Positions 10,952-23,004 of a DNA stretch of 31,056 bases are shown one piece after another. Source of the stretch: Bacteroidales bacterium (GTDB lineage: Bacteria > Bacteroidota > Bacteroidia > Bacteroidales > 4484-276); assembly GCA_029939965.1 (NCBI GenBank), contig JAOZRY010000001.1:4017-35072 (forward strand), given 5' to 3'. Below the pieces are notes generated by a model. That model worked only from the letters and a program-made list of their open reading frames with translations. It did not search any database and was not told the origin of the DNA. The translations under genes and the position numbers were made by a program. Numbering within the stretch: the stretch's first letter is position 1; each line of letters starts with the position of its first letter.

Positions 10952-11470
10952 TTAACCATTAAATACCTTTTCAAGTGGGATGCCTCTCATTTGAGCAATA
11001 GTATAGGGATCACGCATTTTGAGTAAAGCATTAATTGTTGCTTTTACTACACTATGCGGGTTTGACGAACCTTTTGACTTTGCAAGTACATCTTTAATAC
11101 CAACACTCTCGAATACAGCACGCATCGCACCACCGGCAATTACACCAGTACCAGCTGAGGCAGGTTTCATAAAAACAAAAGCACCACTATATTTACCAAC
11201 GGCCTCATGAGGAAGAGTTCCATTTAGAACCGGAATCTTAATCAGATTTTTCTTGGCATCGTCAATACCTTTGGAAATGGCCGAAGCCACCTCTTTTGCT
11301 TTACCTAACCCAAAACCTACAACACCCTTTTCGTTACCTACTACAACGATAGCTGAAAAGCTGAAAGTTCTACCACCTTTGGTAACCTTGGTTACCCGTT
11401 GGATACTTACAAGCTTATCCTTGAATTCTATCTCGCTTGATTTTACTCGTTTAACGTTTACGTTTGTCAT
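10952..11470 (-). CDS. rpsE: 30S ribosomal protein S5
   Basis: [21 protein letters not shown] and [13 protein letters not shown]. Confidence 0.99.
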   Translation of the reverse strand: MTNVNVKRVKSSEIEFKDKLVSIQRVTKVTKGGRTFSFSAIVVVGNEKGVVGFGLGKAKEVASAISKGIDDAKKNLIKIPVLNGTLPHEAVGKYSGAFVFMKPASAGTGVIAGGAMRAVFESVGIKDVLAKSKGSSNPHSVVKATINALLKMRDPYTIAQMRGIPLEKVFNG

Positions 11471-11476
11471 GATTCC

Positions 11477-11839
11477 TTAAAATTTAAGTCCGCTCTTTCT
11501 TGCTGCTTCCGCCAAAGCTTTAACTCGTCCATGGTACAGATATCCGTTGCGATCGAAAACAACAGTTTTAATACCTGCATCCAATGCTTTCTTTGCAATT
11601 TCACCGCCAACTTTTTGCGACAACTCTATTTTTGTACCTTTTTCCTTCGATAACTCACCACCTTTTGTAGATGCTGAAATCAAAGTTTTTCCGTTTAGAT
11701 CATCAATCAACTGAGCATAAATCTCTTTGTTGCTTCTGAAAACAGAAAGGCGTGGTTGTTCAGGAGTACCAGATATGATTTTTCTTATCCGTAGCTTAAT
11801 CCTATTTCTTCTGTATTGTTTTCTGTTCTTTATTGCCAT
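11477..11839 (-). CDS. rplR: 50S ribosomal protein L18 (start revised to MAIKN)
   Basis: [19 protein letters not shown] and [18 protein letters not shown]. The track's upstream extension overlaps rplF. Confidence 0.97.
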   Translation of the reverse strand: MAIKNRKQYRRNRIKLRIRKIISGTPEQPRLSVFRSNKEIYAQLIDDLNGKTLISASTKGGELSKEKGTKIELSQKVGGEIAKKALDAGIKTVVFDRNGYLYHGRVKALAEAARKSGLKF

Positions 11840-11882
11840 TTCACAATGGAGTTTTATCAGATTAAATATTATTGTCCATCTA

Positions 11883-12437
11883 TTAACTAGCAGCTGCTTT
11901 ACCTGCTTTACGCTTAATTTCTTCACCAAGGTATTTAATACCTTTACCTTTATAAGGTTCGGGTTTTCTCAGAGATCGGATTTTTGCAGCAATTTGTCCT
12001 ACAAGCTGTTTATCAGCCGATGTAAGAATTATTCGTGGGTTTTTACCTCTTTCGGTAACAGTTTCGGCTTTCACTTCATCGGGAAGAATCATAATTATGT
12101 TGTGTGAAAAACCCAACGCAAATTCAATTTGATTTCCCTTAGCTTGTGCCTTATAACCAACCCCTACAAGTTCCTGGGTAATTTTATACCCTTCCGATAC
12201 ACCTTTAACCATGTTTGCCAATAACGACCTGTAAAGTCCGTGCATTGCTTTATGACGCTTTTGATCAGTTGGGCGTATTACAACTACTTTCCCATCTTCA
12301 ACTTTTACACTAAGATCGGAATCGATCTTTTGTTCGAGCGTACCCAATTTACCTTTTACGGTAACAATGTTATTATCGGCTACTTTAATTTCAACTCCTT
12401 GCGGAATCGCAATCGGTAATTTTCCTATTCTTGACAT
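11883..12437 (-). CDS. rplF: 50S ribosomal protein L6 (start revised to MSRIG)
   Basis: MSRIGKLPI and [13 protein letters not shown]. Confidence 0.98.
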   Translation of the reverse strand: MSRIGKLPIAIPQGVEIKVADNNIVTVKGKLGTLEQKIDSDLSVKVEDGKVVVIRPTDQKRHKAMHGLYRSLLANMVKGVSEGYKITQELVGVGYKAQAKGNQIEFALGFSHNIIMILPDEVKAETVTERGKNPRIILTSADKQLVGQIAAKIRSLRKPEPYKGKGIKYLGEEIKRKAGKAAAS

Positions 12438-12451
12438 TTTATTCTCTCTTT

Positions 12452-12850
12452 TTAGCTGACGTAACAAATTACTTCGCCGCCAATTTTCTGCTGACGGGCT
12501 TCTTTATCAGTCATCAGTCCTCTTGAAGTGCTAATAACAGCTACACCCAAACCGTTCAATACACGTGGTAAATCGCGATGTCCCTCGTATTTTCTAAGAC
12601 CAGGCCGACTTGCTCTTTCAATTGTCGTAATTGCCGGAAGCTTTGAAACCGGATTATACTTTATGGCAATTTTTATGCTTTTCGGGAATTTATCTTCTTC
12701 GAATTTGTAATTTAATATATATCCTTTTTCGAACAAAATTTTTGTTAATTCCTGCTTCATTTTGGAGGATGGTATCTCAACGACACGATGCCCAGCCATT
12801 ATGGCATTTCTTAACCTTGTGAGATAATCTGAAATTGGATCAGTAAACAT
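12452..12850 (-). CDS. rpsH: 30S ribosomal protein S8
   Basis: DPISDYLTRLRNA, SRPGLRKY and GLGVAVISTSRGLMTD. Confidence 0.99.
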   Translation of the reverse strand: MFTDPISDYLTRLRNAIMAGHRVVEIPSSKMKQELTKILFEKGYILNYKFEEDKFPKSIKIAIKYNPVSKLPAITTIERASRPGLRKYEGHRDLPRVLNGLGVAVISTSRGLMTDKEARQQKIGGEVICYVS

Positions 12851-12884
12851 ATTCTGAACTTTATATTTATTTCTTATTCTTTAT

Positions 12885-13154
12885 TTACCAACTTGCTTTT
12901 TTAACTCCCGGAATTAATCCCGATAATGCCATTTCGCGAAAATTAATTCGCGATACACCGAATAGTCTCATATACCCTTTGGGGCGACCAGTAAGGTTAC
13001 AACGATTGTGCATACGAACTGCGGAGGAGTTCTTAGGTAACTTTTGTAATGCAACATAGTCACCTGCTTCTTTAAGAGCGGCACGCTTCTCAGCGTATTT
13101 GTCAACGAGTTTTTTTCTCTTGACTTCTCTTGCTTTCATCGACTCTTTAGCCAT
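12885..13154 (-). CDS. rpsN: 30S ribosomal protein S14 (long, non-zinc type)
   Basis: [10 protein letters not shown] and [15 protein letters not shown]. Confidence 0.99.
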   Translation of the reverse strand: MAKESMKAREVKRKKLVDKYAEKRAALKEAGDYVALQKLPKNSSAVRMHNRCNLTGRPKGYMRLFGVSRINFREMALSGLIPGVKKASW

Positions 13155-13164
13155 AAATCAATAT

Positions 13165-13719
13165 TTATTTTTGATTTTTAAATGGTAATCCAAATGCTTT
13201 CAACAAAGCAATTGCCTCGGTATCATTTTTTGCACTAGTAACAAAAGTGACATCCAAACCATTGATTTTGTTAACCTTATCAATAACGATTTCGGGAAAT
13301 ACAATTTGCTCGGTTATACCAAGTGTATAGTTCCCTCTACCATCAAACCCTTTGTCGTTGATACCTCTAAAATCTCTTATCCTGGGAATAGATACAGATA
13401 CTAACCTATCAAGAAATTCGTACATCTGATTTTGGCGCAGGGTAACCCTTACACCAATTGGCATACCTTTTCTCAATTTAAAGTTAGAGATATCTTTCTT
13501 TGATTTTGTAGCTACAGCTTTTTGTCCTGCAATGAGCGACATTTCTGTAATACCACCATCAATCAGTTTTTTGTCTGTGATTGCATCACCCAAACCCTGA
13601 TTCAACGCTATTTTCAGCAACTTCGGAACCTGCATTGGACTCTTGAATTCGAATTGCTTAAGGAGTTGCGGATGAATCTCCTCTATGTACTTTGTTTTAA
13701 GTCTTGGAATGTAACTCAT
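13165..13719 (-). CDS. rplE: 50S ribosomal protein L5
   Basis: [23 protein letters not shown] and [10 protein letters not shown]. Confidence 0.99.
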   Translation of the reverse strand: MSYIPRLKTKYIEEIHPQLLKQFEFKSPMQVPKLLKIALNQGLGDAITDKKLIDGGITEMSLIAGQKAVATKSKKDISNFKLRKGMPIGVRVTLRQNQMYEFLDRLVSVSIPRIRDFRGINDKGFDGRGNYTLGITEQIVFPEIVIDKVNKINGLDVTFVTSAKNDTEAIALLKAFGLPFKNQK

Positions 13720-14045
13720 TATTTAATTACCTCCCCTGATTTTTTTGAATAGCGAACAAGTTTACCTGATTTTTCATCGATTTTTCGACCTAAGCGTGTG
13801 GCATTTCCTGCACCATCAATTAGCATAAGATTTGATAATTTAATTGGTGATTCTTTCTTGACTATGCCACCCTGTGGGTTTTGAGCATCAGGTTTCGCAT
13901 GCTTCGATACCATGTTAACACTTTCGACGATTGCAGTTTTTTTCTTATGATCGACGAGTAAGACCTTACCTTGCTGGCCTTTTGAATCGCCGGAAATAAC
14001 CATTACATTATCGCCTTTAATTATATATAATTTATAGTCTTTCAT
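13719..14045 (-). CDS. rplX: 50S ribosomal protein L24
   Basis: [19 protein letters not shown] (KOW) and ESPIKLSN; position in the spc operon. Confidence 0.98.
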   Translation of the reverse strand: MKDYKLYIIKGDNVMVISGDSKGQQGKVLLVDHKKKTAIVESVNMVSKHAKPDAQNPQGGIVKKESPIKLSNLMLIDGAGNATRLGRKIDEKSGKLVRYSKKSGEVIK

Positions 14046-14059
14046 TGTCTACTAATTTT

Positions 14060-14428
14060 TTAAAGAACCTCTGGTGCCAGAGAAACAATTTTCATATACT
14101 GTTTTTCTCTCAGCTCGCGAGCTACAGGGCCAAAAATACGTGTACCTATCATTTCGCCAGTTGTGTTTAAAAGAACAACAGCATTATCCTCAAAACGAAT
14201 GTATGTACCATCTGGTCTCCTGGTTTCTTTCCTTGTTCTAACAATAACAGCTTTTGAAACCGTACCTTTTTTTATGTTTCCTGACGGTAGTGCATGCTTT
14301 ACGGTAACAATAATACTATCACCAATGCGAGCATACCGTTTACCTGTACCGCCCAGCACACTTATGCAAAGCACCTCTTTTGCTCCACTATTGTCAGCTA
14401 CTGATAATCTGGATTCTTTTTGTATCAT
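14060..14428 (-). CDS. rplN: 50S ribosomal protein L14
   Basis: [22 protein letters not shown] and SLAPEVL. Confidence 0.99.
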   Translation of the reverse strand: MIQKESRLSVADNSGAKEVLCISVLGGTGKRYARIGDSIIVTVKHALPSGNIKKGTVSKAVIVRTRKETRRPDGTYIRFEDNAVVLLNTTGEMIGTRIFGPVARELREKQYMKIVSLAPEVL

Positions 14429-14430
14429 GA

Positions 14431-14697
14431 CTACTTAGCTCTTTCGATAATTTCAACTAATCTCCAACATTTATTTTTACTCAAAGGCCTGGTTTCCATA
14501 ATGCGAACTGTATCACCAATGTTACATTCGTTTTTCTCATCATGTGCAGAAAACTTTGAAGATTTCCTAACGAATTTTTTGTAAATTGGGTGCTTCACCC
14601 TGCGCTCAACCTGAACCACAATAGACTTTTCCATCTTATTACTGGTAACTAGGCCAATACGTTCTTTTCTTAACGATCTTGTTGATTTGGCTTCCAT
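14431..14697 (-). CDS. rpsQ: 30S ribosomal protein S17
   Basis: [20 protein letters not shown] and ETRPLSK. Confidence 0.99.
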   Translation of the reverse strand: MEAKSTRSLRKERIGLVTSNKMEKSIVVQVERRVKHPIYKKFVRKSSKFSAHDEKNECNIGDTVRIMETRPLSKNKCWRLVEIIERAK

Positions 14698-14712
14698 TAT
14701 TATGAAATCTGA

Positions 14713-14913
14713 TTATAATTTTTCATCAAGTTGTCTTTTGCGAATTTCCGTTTTTAATCTAGCTACAGTTCTTCTGTAGTCAACGATTTTATTCGGGTTT
14801 TCGAGTGGTGAAACAGCGTGATTAAGTTTCAACTTATTTAACTGCTTCTCCTCTTCTTCTAGTCTTTCAAGCAAATCGTCGTTTGACAATTCTAATATAA
14901 CATTTTGTTTCAT
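14713..14913 (-). CDS. rpmC: 50S ribosomal protein L29
   Basis: LENPNKI...RRTVARLKTEI; position between rplP and rpsQ. Confidence 0.97.
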   Translation of the reverse strand: MKQNVILELSNDDLLERLEEEEKQLNKLKLNHAVSPLENPNKIVDYRRTVARLKTEIRKRQLDEKL

Positions 14914-14934
14914 GTTTCCGAATTATTCGAAATA

Positions 14935-15354
14935 TTATTCTTGATAATCTCTTCTTACAATAAATTTAGTGATAACAGGAAGTTTTTGAGCAGCAAGCCT
15001 GAGTGCTTCTTTGGCAACATTTAAAGGAACGCCATCAGCTTCAAAAATAATTCTTCCCGGAGTAACTCTTGCTACAAAATATTCGGGTGCACCTTTACCT
15101 TTACCCATCCTAACCTCTGCAGGCTTTTTTGTAACAGGTTTATCAGGAAAGACTTTGATCCATATCTGACCCTCACGTTTCATATAACGTGTAACGGCCT
15201 GACGAGCAGCCTCTATTTGTCGTCCTGTAAGCCAGGCTGACTGAAGAGTTTTGATTCCGAATGATCCAAAAGCAAGCTCGTTTCCGCGTCCTGCGTTCCC
15301 CTTCATTTTACCTTTCTGCTGCTTCCTGAATTTCGTTTTCCTTGGCTGTAACAT
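14935..15354 (-). CDS. rplP: 50S ribosomal protein L16
   Basis: [15 protein letters not shown] and [12 protein letters not shown]. Confidence 0.99.
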   Translation of the reverse strand: MLQPRKTKFRKQQKGKMKGNAGRGNELAFGSFGIKTLQSAWLTGRQIEAARQAVTRYMKREGQIWIKVFPDKPVTKKPAEVRMGKGKGAPEYFVARVTPGRIIFEADGVPLNVAKEALRLAAQKLPVITKFIVRRDYQE

Positions 15355-15391
15355 TTTTATTAATTATTGAAATGTGGATATAATTCGTTTT

Positions 15392-16138
15392 TTACTTTCG
15401 CTGGCGTGGTTGTCTCGACCGTGGCCTTCTTCCACCGCCACCTGCAGGTCCGCCAGGCCCACCAGGTCCTCTTTGTTTATTTTCGCCCACTGACATTGGA
15501 ACTATTTCCGGCTTACCAAAAATTTCGCCTTTACATATCCATACTTTGATACCAATTCTACCATAAGTTGTATGGGCTTCTGTTTTTGCGTAATCAATAT
15601 CAGCCCTCAGGGTATGCAATGGTGTACGTCCTTCTTTATACATTTCGGAACGAGCCATTTCAGCACCACCTACACGACCTGCTATAAGAACTTTAATTCC
15701 TTCGGCACCTATTCTCATTGTAGATGCAATAGAAGTTTTAATGGCTCTTCTGAAAGATATTCTTCCTTCGATCTGACGGGCTATAGCATTAGCTACCAAA
15801 ACCGCATCAAGTTCAGGCCTTTTTATTTCACTAATATTGATCTGTATTTCTTTGCCTGTTAACTTTTTCAGCTCTTCTTTGAGTTTGTCAACTTCCTGAC
15901 CACCTTTACCAATTATGATACCCGGACGAGCCGTATTGATAGTAACGGTAACAAGCTTTAATGTACGTTCAATATATATTTTTGAAATACCAGCTTTGGA
16001 AAGACGGGCGTTGAGATATTTCCTGATTTTATCATCTTCAAACAATTTGGCGTTAAAATCTTTTCCGCCATACCAGTTTGATTCCCATCCTTTAATGATT
16101 CCTAACCTAAGACCTGTTGGATTAGTTTTCTGTCCCAT
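15392..16138 (-). CDS. rpsC: 30S ribosomal protein S3
   Basis: [24 protein letters not shown] and [11 protein letters not shown]. Confidence 0.99.
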   Translation of the reverse strand: MGQKTNPTGLRLGIIKGWESNWYGGKDFNAKLFEDDKIRKYLNARLSKAGISKIYIERTLKLVTVTINTARPGIIIGKGGQEVDKLKEELKKLTGKEIQINISEIKRPELDAVLVANAIARQIEGRISFRRAIKTSIASTMRIGAEGIKVLIAGRVGGAEMARSEMYKEGRTPLHTLRADIDYAKTEAHTTYGRIGIKVWICKGEIFGKPEIVPMSVGENKQRGPGGPGGPAGGGGRRPRSRQPRQRK

Positions 16139-16171
16139 TAATTATTGTGATATTGATTATTATACATCTGT

Positions 16172-16588
16172 TTATTTTTCAGTATCAACTAAAACTTCTC
16201 TACTATCGAGAATAACCGTAACGTGGTTTGATCTTTTTCTGATCCTGTGAGCACGACCCTGCGGTGCAGGACGTATTCTCTTTAATACTCTGGCGCTGTC
16301 AACCATTATCGACTTAATGTACAAGTTATGGTCTTCCATTCTAACACCTTCATTTTTCTCCTGCCAATTGGCTATTGCCGAAAGAACTAGTTTATATAAG
16401 CGACCGGCAGCCTGATTTGGTTTAAATTTCAAAATATTCAAAGCAGTTTCCACATTCTCATTTCTAACCAGATCAACCATTAGCCTCATCTTCCTGGGAG
16501 ATGTAGGGCAATTGTTCAACTTGGCAATGTAGAGGCTCTTCCTGGCATCTTTTTTTGCCTCCGCTGTTATTTGTTTACGTGATCCCAT
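16172..16588 (-). CDS. rplV: 50S ribosomal protein L22
   Basis: SPRKMRLMVDLVR and RPAPQGRAHRIRKRSNH. Confidence 0.99.
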   Translation of the reverse strand: MGSRKQITAEAKKDARKSLYIAKLNNCPTSPRKMRLMVDLVRNENVETALNILKFKPNQAAGRLYKLVLSAIANWQEKNEGVRMEDHNLYIKSIMVDSARVLKRIRPAPQGRAHRIRKRSNHVTVILDSREVLVDTEK

Positions 16589-16603
16589 GATTATTTACCT
16601 TTA

Positions 16604-16879
16604 TTATTTACCTTTCTTTCTACTACCGGCATGACCTCTGAATTGTCTTGTCGGTGCAAATTCTCCTAATTTATGACCAACCATGTTTTCGGTTACGTAA
16701 ACAGGAATAAATTTATTTCCGTTGTGAACAGCTATGGTTAATCCAACAAAATCAGGAGATATAATGGATGCTCTTGACCAAGTTTTGATAACTGACTTCT
16801 TACTGGAAGCCTGGCTCTCAAGAACTCTCTTGTCGAGCTTGTAATGAATAAATGGACCTTTTTTAAGCGAACGACTCAT
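16604..16879 (-). CDS. rpsS: 30S ribosomal protein S19
   Basis: [18 protein letters not shown] and [13 protein letters not shown]. Confidence 0.99.
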   Translation of the reverse strand: MSRSLKKGPFIHYKLDKRVLESQASSKKSVIKTWSRASIISPDFVGLTIAVHNGNKFIPVYVTENMVGHKLGEFAPTRQFRGHAGSRKKGK

Positions 16880-16898
16880 TTTTTCTATTATTTACAAA

Positions 16899-17723
16899 TT
16901 ATTTCTTCCTTCTTTCGATGATGTATTTATTAGACGCTTTTTTGCGAGAGCGTGTTTTAAAACCCTTGGAGGGCATACCATTTCTTGATCTGGGCAAACC
17001 ACCTGATGCTCTACCTTCACCACCACCCATTGGGTGATCTACAGGATTCATTACAACACCTCTCACTCTTGGTCTTCTACCCAACCAACGCGAACGTCCG
17101 GCTTTTCCAGAAACTTCCAGACTATGATCCATATTAGATACAATACCAATGGTAGCTTTACAAGTTTGCAGTAGCATTCTGGTTTCACCTGATGGCAGTT
17201 TAATAATAGCAAATTTTCCATCTCTCGTCATCAACTGAGCATACGAACCTGCACTTCGAGCCATTTTGGCACCCTGCCCCGGACGGAGTTCAATATTATG
17301 AATCAACGTACCAAAAGGAATCTCGCTTAAGTAAAGTGCATTACCAACATCTGGCGATACTCCTTTACCTGATTTTATTTGTTGACCAACTTTAATACCA
17401 TTAGGAGCAATGATGTATCGTTTTTCATCATCATCATATTTCACAAGAGCGATTCTGGCACTTCTGTTAGGATCGTACTCAATCGTAAGTACTTCGGCTG
17501 AAACCCCTTCTTTATCCCTTCTGAAATCTATCCGGCGATATTTTTGCTTATGACCGCCACCCAAATAACGCATGGTCATTTTACCCTGATTATTCCTACC
17601 ACCAGATTTTTTATTAGGCTCAAGTAAGCTCTTTTCTGGTTTGTTAGTAGTAATCTCATCAAACGCACTAATAATCTTAAAGCGCTGACTGGATGTTGTC
17701 GGTTTGAATTTTTTTAAAGCCAT
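16899..17723 (-). CDS. rplB: 50S ribosomal protein L2
   Basis: [13 protein letters not shown] and [18 protein letters not shown]. Confidence 0.99.
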   Translation of the reverse strand: MALKKFKPTTSSQRFKIISAFDEITTNKPEKSLLEPNKKSGGRNNQGKMTMRYLGGGHKQKYRRIDFRRDKEGVSAEVLTIEYDPNRSARIALVKYDDDEKRYIIAPNGIKVGQQIKSGKGVSPDVGNALYLSEIPFGTLIHNIELRPGQGAKMARSAGSYAQLMTRDGKFAIIKLPSGETRMLLQTCKATIGIVSNMDHSLEVSGKAGRSRWLGRRPRVRGVVMNPVDHPMGGGEGRASGGLPRSRNGMPSKGFKTRSRKKASNKYIIERRKK

Positions 17724-17728
17724 TTATC

Positions 17729-18019
17729 TTAAATATTGCTGTAAAAATCAATTGTTTCACCATCGGCTAAAGTAATAATAGCCTTTTTTGTAGCATTAGT
17801 TTTTCCGCTGATCAAGCCAGTCTTGGTATATTTTGATTTGCTTTTGCCTGCAACATTCATAGTATTTACAGACTCAACCTCAACACCATACAATTCCTCG
17901 ACAGCCTTTTTAATCTGAACCTTATTTGCCTCTTTGTGCACGATAAACCCAAACCTATTGAGTTTTTCTCCCAGGCCAGTCATCTTTTCGGTAATAATCG
18001 GCTTAATTATAATATTCAT
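17729..18019 (-). CDS. rplW: 50S ribosomal protein L23
   Basis: PIITEK, ANKVQIKKAVE and KKAIITL. Confidence 0.98.
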   Translation of the reverse strand: MNIIIKPIITEKMTGLGEKLNRFGFIVHKEANKVQIKKAVEELYGVEVESVNTMNVAGKSKSKYTKTGLISGKTNATKKAIITLADGETIDFYSNI

Positions 18020-18051
18020 TTTTACCTACAGTTTTGATTCTCTGAATCGTT

Positions 18052-18684
18052 TTAGTTGTTTTTAAACATCTCATCAATACCCTTTATTGAACCCTCACAC
18101 AGAAGTATCCGTTGGGCGTTCATTAAATCATAACTGTTTAGGTTATTGGAATTAAGATATTTTACCTTTTCTATATTTCTTGCAGACAAAGATACATTTA
18201 GATATGTTTCAGGCATCACCAACAATACTTTTGTTCCTTCCAACTCAAATCCTTTGAGGATTTTAATGAACTCTTTGGTTTTTGGTGTATCGAAGTTAAA
18301 ATCTTCAACAATGGTGATTTTTTGCTCGCCAGCCTTGTAAGAAAGAACAGATTTACGAGCTAACCTTTTAACCTTTTTATTAAGCTTAAACCCATAGTCT
18401 TTTGGTCGTGGCCCAAATACTCTACCACCGCCTCTAAAAATTGGACTTTTGATAGATCCGGCTCTTGCTGTACCAGTTCCTTTTTGCTTTTTGATCTTAC
18501 GGGTACTTCCAGAAATATCACTTCTTTCTTTCGATTTGTGAGTACCTTGTCGCCTGTTAGCCATGATCTGCTTTACATCAAGATATATTGCATGATCATT
18601 TGGCTCAATTCCGAATATGGAATCATCGAGCTCAACTGTGCGATCAGTCTTTTCTCCGTCTATTTTATAAACTGTTAACTCCAT
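18052..18684 (-). CDS. rplD: 50S ribosomal protein L4
   Basis: RRQGTHKSK and [21 protein letters not shown]. Confidence 0.99.
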   Translation of the reverse strand: MELTVYKIDGEKTDRTVELDDSIFGIEPNDHAIYLDVKQIMANRRQGTHKSKERSDISGSTRKIKKQKGTGTARAGSIKSPIFRGGGRVFGPRPKDYGFKLNKKVKRLARKSVLSYKAGEQKITIVEDFNFDTPKTKEFIKILKGFELEGTKVLLVMPETYLNVSLSARNIEKVKYLNSNNLNSYDLMNAQRILLCEGSIKGIDEMFKNN

Positions 18685-19304
18685 CTTTCAACGATTACAT
18701 ATGATCCATTGGCTCCCGGCACTGAACCTTTAACCAGTAATAAATTATTTTTTTTATCTATTTTAATGACCTGAAGGTTGATCATCTTAGCCCTTTTGTT
18801 TCCCATTCTTCCAGCCATTCTCATACCTTTAAAAACTCTTGAAGGCCATGATGATGCTCCAATTGAACCTGGCGCACGTAAACGATTATGCTGACCGTGG
18901 GTTTTATCACCTACACCTTTAAATCCATAACGTTTTACAACTCCTTGAAATCCTTTTCCCTTCGAAATACCGGCTACATCAATAAATTCTCCTTCTTCGA
19001 ATACAGTAGCATCAATTATTTCGCCTACTTTCTTTTGATGCCCTACTTCGAATCTGGTAAATTCTCTAAGCACTCTCTTTGGTGATACACCTGCTTTCGC
19101 AAAGTGCCCCTTCATAGCTTTTGTTGTATGCTTTTCCTTCTTTTCGTCAAAAGCAATCTGTATTGCTTCGTAACCATCGGATTGTTTCGTCTTTACCTGA
19201 GTAACTACACATGGGCCAGCTTCGATAACAGTACAGGGAATGTTTTTTCCTGCTTTATCAAATACGGCGGTCATCCCGATTTTTTTACCTATTATTCCAG
19301 ACAT
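18675..19304 (-). CDS. rplC: 50S ribosomal protein L3
   Basis: [19 protein letters not shown] and [15 protein letters not shown]. Confidence 0.99.
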   Translation of the reverse strand: MSGIIGKKIGMTAVFDKAGKNIPCTVIEAGPCVVTQVKTKQSDGYEAIQIAFDEKKEKHTTKAMKGHFAKAGVSPKRVLREFTRFEVGHQKKVGEIIDATVFEEGEFIDVAGISKGKGFQGVVKRYGFKGVGDKTHGQHNRLRAPGSIGASSWPSRVFKGMRMAGRMGNKRAKMINLQVIKIDKKNNLLLVKGSVPGANGSYVIVERWS

Positions 19305-19354
19305 TATATAATAATGTTAAATTTATTCTAAAATAAAATATCCAAAAGTGCTAT

Positions 19355-19660
19355 TTACACTTTAATTTCAACCTCAACCCCACTTGGCAACTCGAGTTTC
19401 ATCAATGCATCGATAGTTTTGGTGGTAGAACTGTAAATATCGAGCAAACGCTTATATGAAGAAAGTTCGAACTGCTCCCTGGATTTCTTATTTACAAAGG
19501 TGGCTTTATTTACTGTAAAAATCTTTTTGTTTGTAGGCAATGGTATTGGTCCACTAACTACAGCCCCTGTATTTTTAACAGTTTTTACGATTTTTTCAGC
19601 TGATTTGTCAACCAAGTTATGATCGTATGACTTTAGCTTTATTCTAATCCTTTGACTCAC
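19355..19660 (-). CDS. rpsJ: 30S ribosomal protein S10 (GTG start)
   Basis: [17 protein letters not shown] and KSREQFE. Confidence 0.99.
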   Translation of the reverse strand: MSQRIRIKLKSYDHNLVDKSAEKIVKTVKNTGAVVSGPIPLPTNKKIFTVNKATFVNKKSREQFELSSYKRLLDIYSSTTKTIDALMKLELPSGVEVEIKV

Positions 19661-19691
19661 TTTTATTAATTATTTATGAATAAGTTGAACT

Positions 19692-21797
19692 CTAATTTTT
19701 TACTACGTATCCTTTTATCTTATAAAGAACCTCTTGAAGAAGATCTGTAGGCAATTTTGAAAAATGTGAAAACTCCATACTTGATGTTGCCCTCCCAGAA
19801 GATGCAGAACGTAAAGTAGTTATATAGCCAAACATTTCAGCTAATGGAACCTTTGCTTTCAGAACCTGAACATTAAACTTTGAAGAAACATCTTCAAGTT
19901 GTCCACGCTTTTTATTTATATCACTACTAATGTCGCCAACATAATCATCCGGAGTAGATACTTCGAGACTCATAATAGGTTCAAGCAGTGTAAGTTTTAA
20001 TAATTTGGTTGCATTTCTAAAGCCTATATTTGCAGCAATTTCAAAAGCAAGCTGATCTGAATCTACCGGATGAAATGAACCGTCTTTCAAGACAATTCTC
20101 ATGTTGTAAACTGCAAATCCGGCCAATGGTCCGTTCATCATTGCCTTTTCAAATCCGCTTCTTGTGGCTTCGATATACTCTTTAGGGAGTCTGCCTCCTT
20201 TAACTTCTGATACAAACTGTAATCCAATCTGCTTATCAGCAGCAGGACCTATCTCAAAAGTAATATCAGCAAATTTACCTTTACCGCCCGATTGTTTTTT
20301 ATATATTTCCTGATGAACAATAGTACTATCGAAAGCTTCTTTATATGCAACTGTAGGTTTGCCTTTATTACATTCTACATTAAACTCGCGTTTCAATCTG
20401 TCAGTTAAAATATCGATATGAAGCTCACCCATGCCACTAATAATTGTCTGGCCGGTTTCATCATCCATCTTCACCTTAAAGGTAGGGTCTTCTTCCGAAA
20501 GCTTTTGTAATGAATCACTCAGTCGCTCTACATCATCCTGAAACTTCGGCTCAACTGCCATATTAATCACAGGCTCTGGAAATTTAATGTTTTCCAGAAC
20601 AACCGGATGATTAATTGCACATAATGTATCGCCGGTTCTTATCTTTTTAAATCCAACTAATGCTCCAATATCACCAGCTTCAAGTGTTTCCAGAGGAATT
20701 TGCTTATTTGCATGCATCTGCATAATCCTCGAAATTCTCTCTTTTTTGCCAGTACCTGTATTAAGTACTTGCACACCCTGAGCGATTGTTCCGGAATAAA
20801 CCCTGATAAAAGCTATTTTCCCAACAAAAGAATCAGTAGAAATTTTAAATGCAAGTGCAGCAAAATCATCATCTGTTATGGTTTCGCGCATTTCTTCCTT
20901 TTCGGTGTAGGGATTTATTCCCATTACAGCTGGAAGATCAAGCGGAGAAGGAAGATAAGCAGTTATAGAATCTAACAGGCGTTGGATGCCTTTGTTTTTA
21001 AATGCAGAACCGCAAAGCACAGGAGTAATCCTTAGTTCAATAGTTGCTTTTCTGATGGCTTCAATCATTTCTTCTTCAGAAATTGATTTCGGATCCCTGA
21101 TAAATTTTTCCAAGAGCTCATCACTTTCTTCAGCAACTCCTTCAATCAGGTTTGTTCTATACTGTTTAACAGTTTCAGCAATATCTTCCGGTATCTCAGA
21201 TTCTGTAAAAATCATTCCTTTGGAAGTATCGTCCCACTCATAGGCTTTATTAGTAATAAGATCAACAACTCCTTTAAAATCATCTTCACTTCCAATTGGA
21301 ATTTGTAAAGGAATTGGGTTTGCACCAAGCTTATCTTTAATTTGACCTATTACCTTAAAATAATCAGCCCCGGTACGATCCATCTTATTGACGAAACTAA
21401 TACGGGGCACATTATATTTATCGGCCTGACGCCAAACTGTTTCTGATTGAGGCTCAACACCACCAACAGCACAAAAAATTGCAATAGCACCATCGAGAAC
21501 TCTTAACGACCTTTCAACCTCTACAGTAAAGTCAACATGGCCTGGAGTATCAATGATGTTTATTTTATAATTATCATTTTTAAAATCCCAAAAAACTGTA
21601 GTTGCAGCAGATGTTATGGTTATTCCGCGCTCCTGCTCCTGAATCATATAATCCATGGTAGCAGCACCATCGTGAACTTCACCCATCTTATAATTGATGC
21701 CGGTATAATACAGGATACGCTCAGTTGTTGTGGTTTTACCCGCATCAATATGAGCCATTATTCCAATGTTCCTGATATTTTTTAACAACTGTGGCAT
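19692..21797 (-). CDS. fusA: Elongation factor G
   Basis: [34 protein letters not shown] and DGSFHPVDS; position in the str operon. Confidence 0.97.
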   Translation of the reverse strand: MPQLLKNIRNIGIMAHIDAGKTTTTERILYYTGINYKMGEVHDGAATMDYMIQEQERGITITSAATTVFWDFKNDNYKINIIDTPGHVDFTVEVERSLRVLDGAIAIFCAVGGVEPQSETVWRQADKYNVPRISFVNKMDRTGADYFKVIGQIKDKLGANPIPLQIPIGSEDDFKGVVDLITNKAYEWDDTSKGMIFTESEIPEDIAETVKQYRTNLIEGVAEESDELLEKFIRDPKSISEEEMIEAIRKATIELRITPVLCGSAFKNKGIQRLLDSITAYLPSPLDLPAVMGINPYTEKEEMRETITDDDFAALAFKISTDSFVGKIAFIRVYSGTIAQGVQVLNTGTGKKERISRIMQMHANKQIPLETLEAGDIGALVGFKKIRTGDTLCAINHPVVLENIKFPEPVINMAVEPKFQDDVERLSDSLQKLSEEDPTFKVKMDDETGQTIISGMGELHIDILTDRLKREFNVECNKGKPTVAYKEAFDSTIVHQEIYKKQSGGKGKFADITFEIGPAADKQIGLQFVSEVKGGRLPKEYIEATRSGFEKAMMNGPLAGFAVYNMRIVLKDGSFHPVDSDQLAFEIAANIGFRNATKLLKLTLLEPIMSLEVSTPDDYVGDISSDINKKRGQLEDVSSKFNVQVLKAKVPLAEMFGYITTLRSASSGRATSSMEFSHFSKLPTDLLQEVLYKIKGYVVKN

Positions 21798-21830
21798 CTG
21801 TAATTTACTGTTTCCTTTTATGAGATTTTA

Positions 21831-22298
21831 TTAAAATCTAAAATGTGAGAATGCTTTATTGGCATCAGCCATTCTGTGTGTATCTTCTTTCTTTTTAAAG
21901 GCACCACCTTCTTCTTTGTAGCCAGCCATAATTTCAGAAGCAAGACATCTGGCCATTGATTTTTCATTTCTTTTTCTGGCAAAAGTAATCAGGTTTTTCA
22001 TCCCAATAGATTGCTTTCTTGCAGCTGGAATTTCTGTAGGAATCTGGAAAGTTGCACCACCAATTCTGCGGCTTCTTACCTCCACAGCAGGTGTTACATT
22101 AACAAGTGCTTTTTTCCATACCTCAAGACCATCTTCTTTTGATCTTTCAGCAACGACATCAATAGCATCGTAAAAAATCTTGAAAGCAAGATCCTTTTTG
22201 CCGCAAAGCATCAGATTATTTATGAATTTTGTAACAATCTGATCATTAAACTTCGGGTCAGGAAGGATGATTCTCTTTTTTGGTTTTGATTTCCTCAT
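21831..22298 (-). CDS. rpsG: 30S ribosomal protein S7
   Basis: [21 protein letters not shown] and [12 protein letters not shown]. Confidence 0.99.
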   Translation of the reverse strand: MRKSKPKKRIILPDPKFNDQIVTKFINNLMLCGKKDLAFKIFYDAIDVVAERSKEDGLEVWKKALVNVTPAVEVRSRRIGGATFQIPTEIPAARKQSIGMKNLITFARKRNEKSMARCLASEIMAGYKEEGGAFKKKEDTHRMADANKAFSHFRF

Positions 22299-22326
22299 GT
22301 TACTTCAAATTATATCTCAATACTTA

Positions 22327-22707
22327 TTATTTTTTTTGCTTAGGACGCTTTGTTCCGTACTTTGATCTGCGCTGTGTACGACCTTCAACTCCAGACGTAT
22401 CTAAAGCTCCTCTAATGATGTGATATCTTACACCTGGTAAGTCTTTCACACGACCACCTCTAATCATTACGATGGAGTGTTCCTGGAGATTGTGACCTTC
22501 GCCAGGAATGTAAGCATTCACCTCTTTTTGGTTTGTTAGCCTTACTCTTGCAACCTTACGCATGGCTGAGTTAGGCTTTTTTGGAGTTGTTGTGTAAACT
22601 CGCACACAAACACCCCTACGCTGCGGACAACCATCCAGTGCGGGAGATTTGCTCTTTTCTGTTAACTTTTTGCGGCCTTTACGAACCAACTGTTGTATTG
22701 TAGGCAT
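22327..22707 (-). CDS. rpsL: 30S ribosomal protein S12 (start revised to MPTIQ)
   Basis: [19 protein letters not shown] and [12 protein letters not shown]. Confidence 0.99.
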   Translation of the reverse strand: MPTIQQLVRKGRKKLTEKSKSPALDGCPQRRGVCVRVYTTTPKKPNSAMRKVARVRLTNQKEVNAYIPGEGHNLQEHSIVMIRGGRVKDLPGVRYHIIRGALDTSGVEGRTQRRSKYGTKRPKQKK

Positions 22708-22758
22708 ATTAAACTTTGGTTTAATTTTTGCTTTTATCCCCTTTTTATTTTCGGGGTG

Positions 22759-22784
22759 CAAAAGTACAAAAATTTTTTAATCAA
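22759..22784 (-). promoter_or_regulatory. Proximal promoter of the str superoperon
   Basis: Minus-strand TACTTTTGCA (-7 box 22759..22766) with TTG 15 nt upstream, ~50 nt before the rpsL ATG. Confidence 0.7.
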
Positions 22785-23004
22785 TAACCTAATCCTGAAA
22801 AAAATTTCAGAATTTAATAATTTCAACTGTGTAAAGGAAAAATAAAGGAAGGTTAAACTCTCTTTTTAAGGTAAAATGACCGATTTTTTTTTCTGTCATT
22901 AGAAACCTTTTACTACCTCAACTTTTCAGGTTTCCTTTATATTTCTCTTTTCAATAAAATATCTTTAAGATCGAACCAAATATTCGTTACTCTCAAAGCG
23001 GGCA

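Noticed and set aside
7734-13154. Zinc-free forms of L36 and S14 near a metal ABC transporter
   Set aside because: The non-zinc forms are the standard main-operon copies in Bacteroidota, so there is no evidence of a Zur-type paralog swap.
19660-19692. No tuf between fusA and rpsJ, and no adk between secY and map
   Set aside because: This is the usual Bacteroidota arrangement; both genes normally lie elsewhere.
22327-22707. Possible streptomycin-resistance alleles in rpsL
   Set aside because: PKKPNS and RVKDLP are wild type.
11840-22761. N-terminal extensions on rplR, rplF and rpsL in the ORF track
   Set aside because: Artefacts of longest-ORF calling; canonical starts are at 11839, 12437 and 22707, and the rpsL extension runs into its promoter.
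22962-22972. boxA-like sequence (GATCTTAAAGA on the transcript) in the rpsL leader
   Set aside because: Only a loose match to the E. coli consensus, in very AT-rich DNA; not supportable alone.
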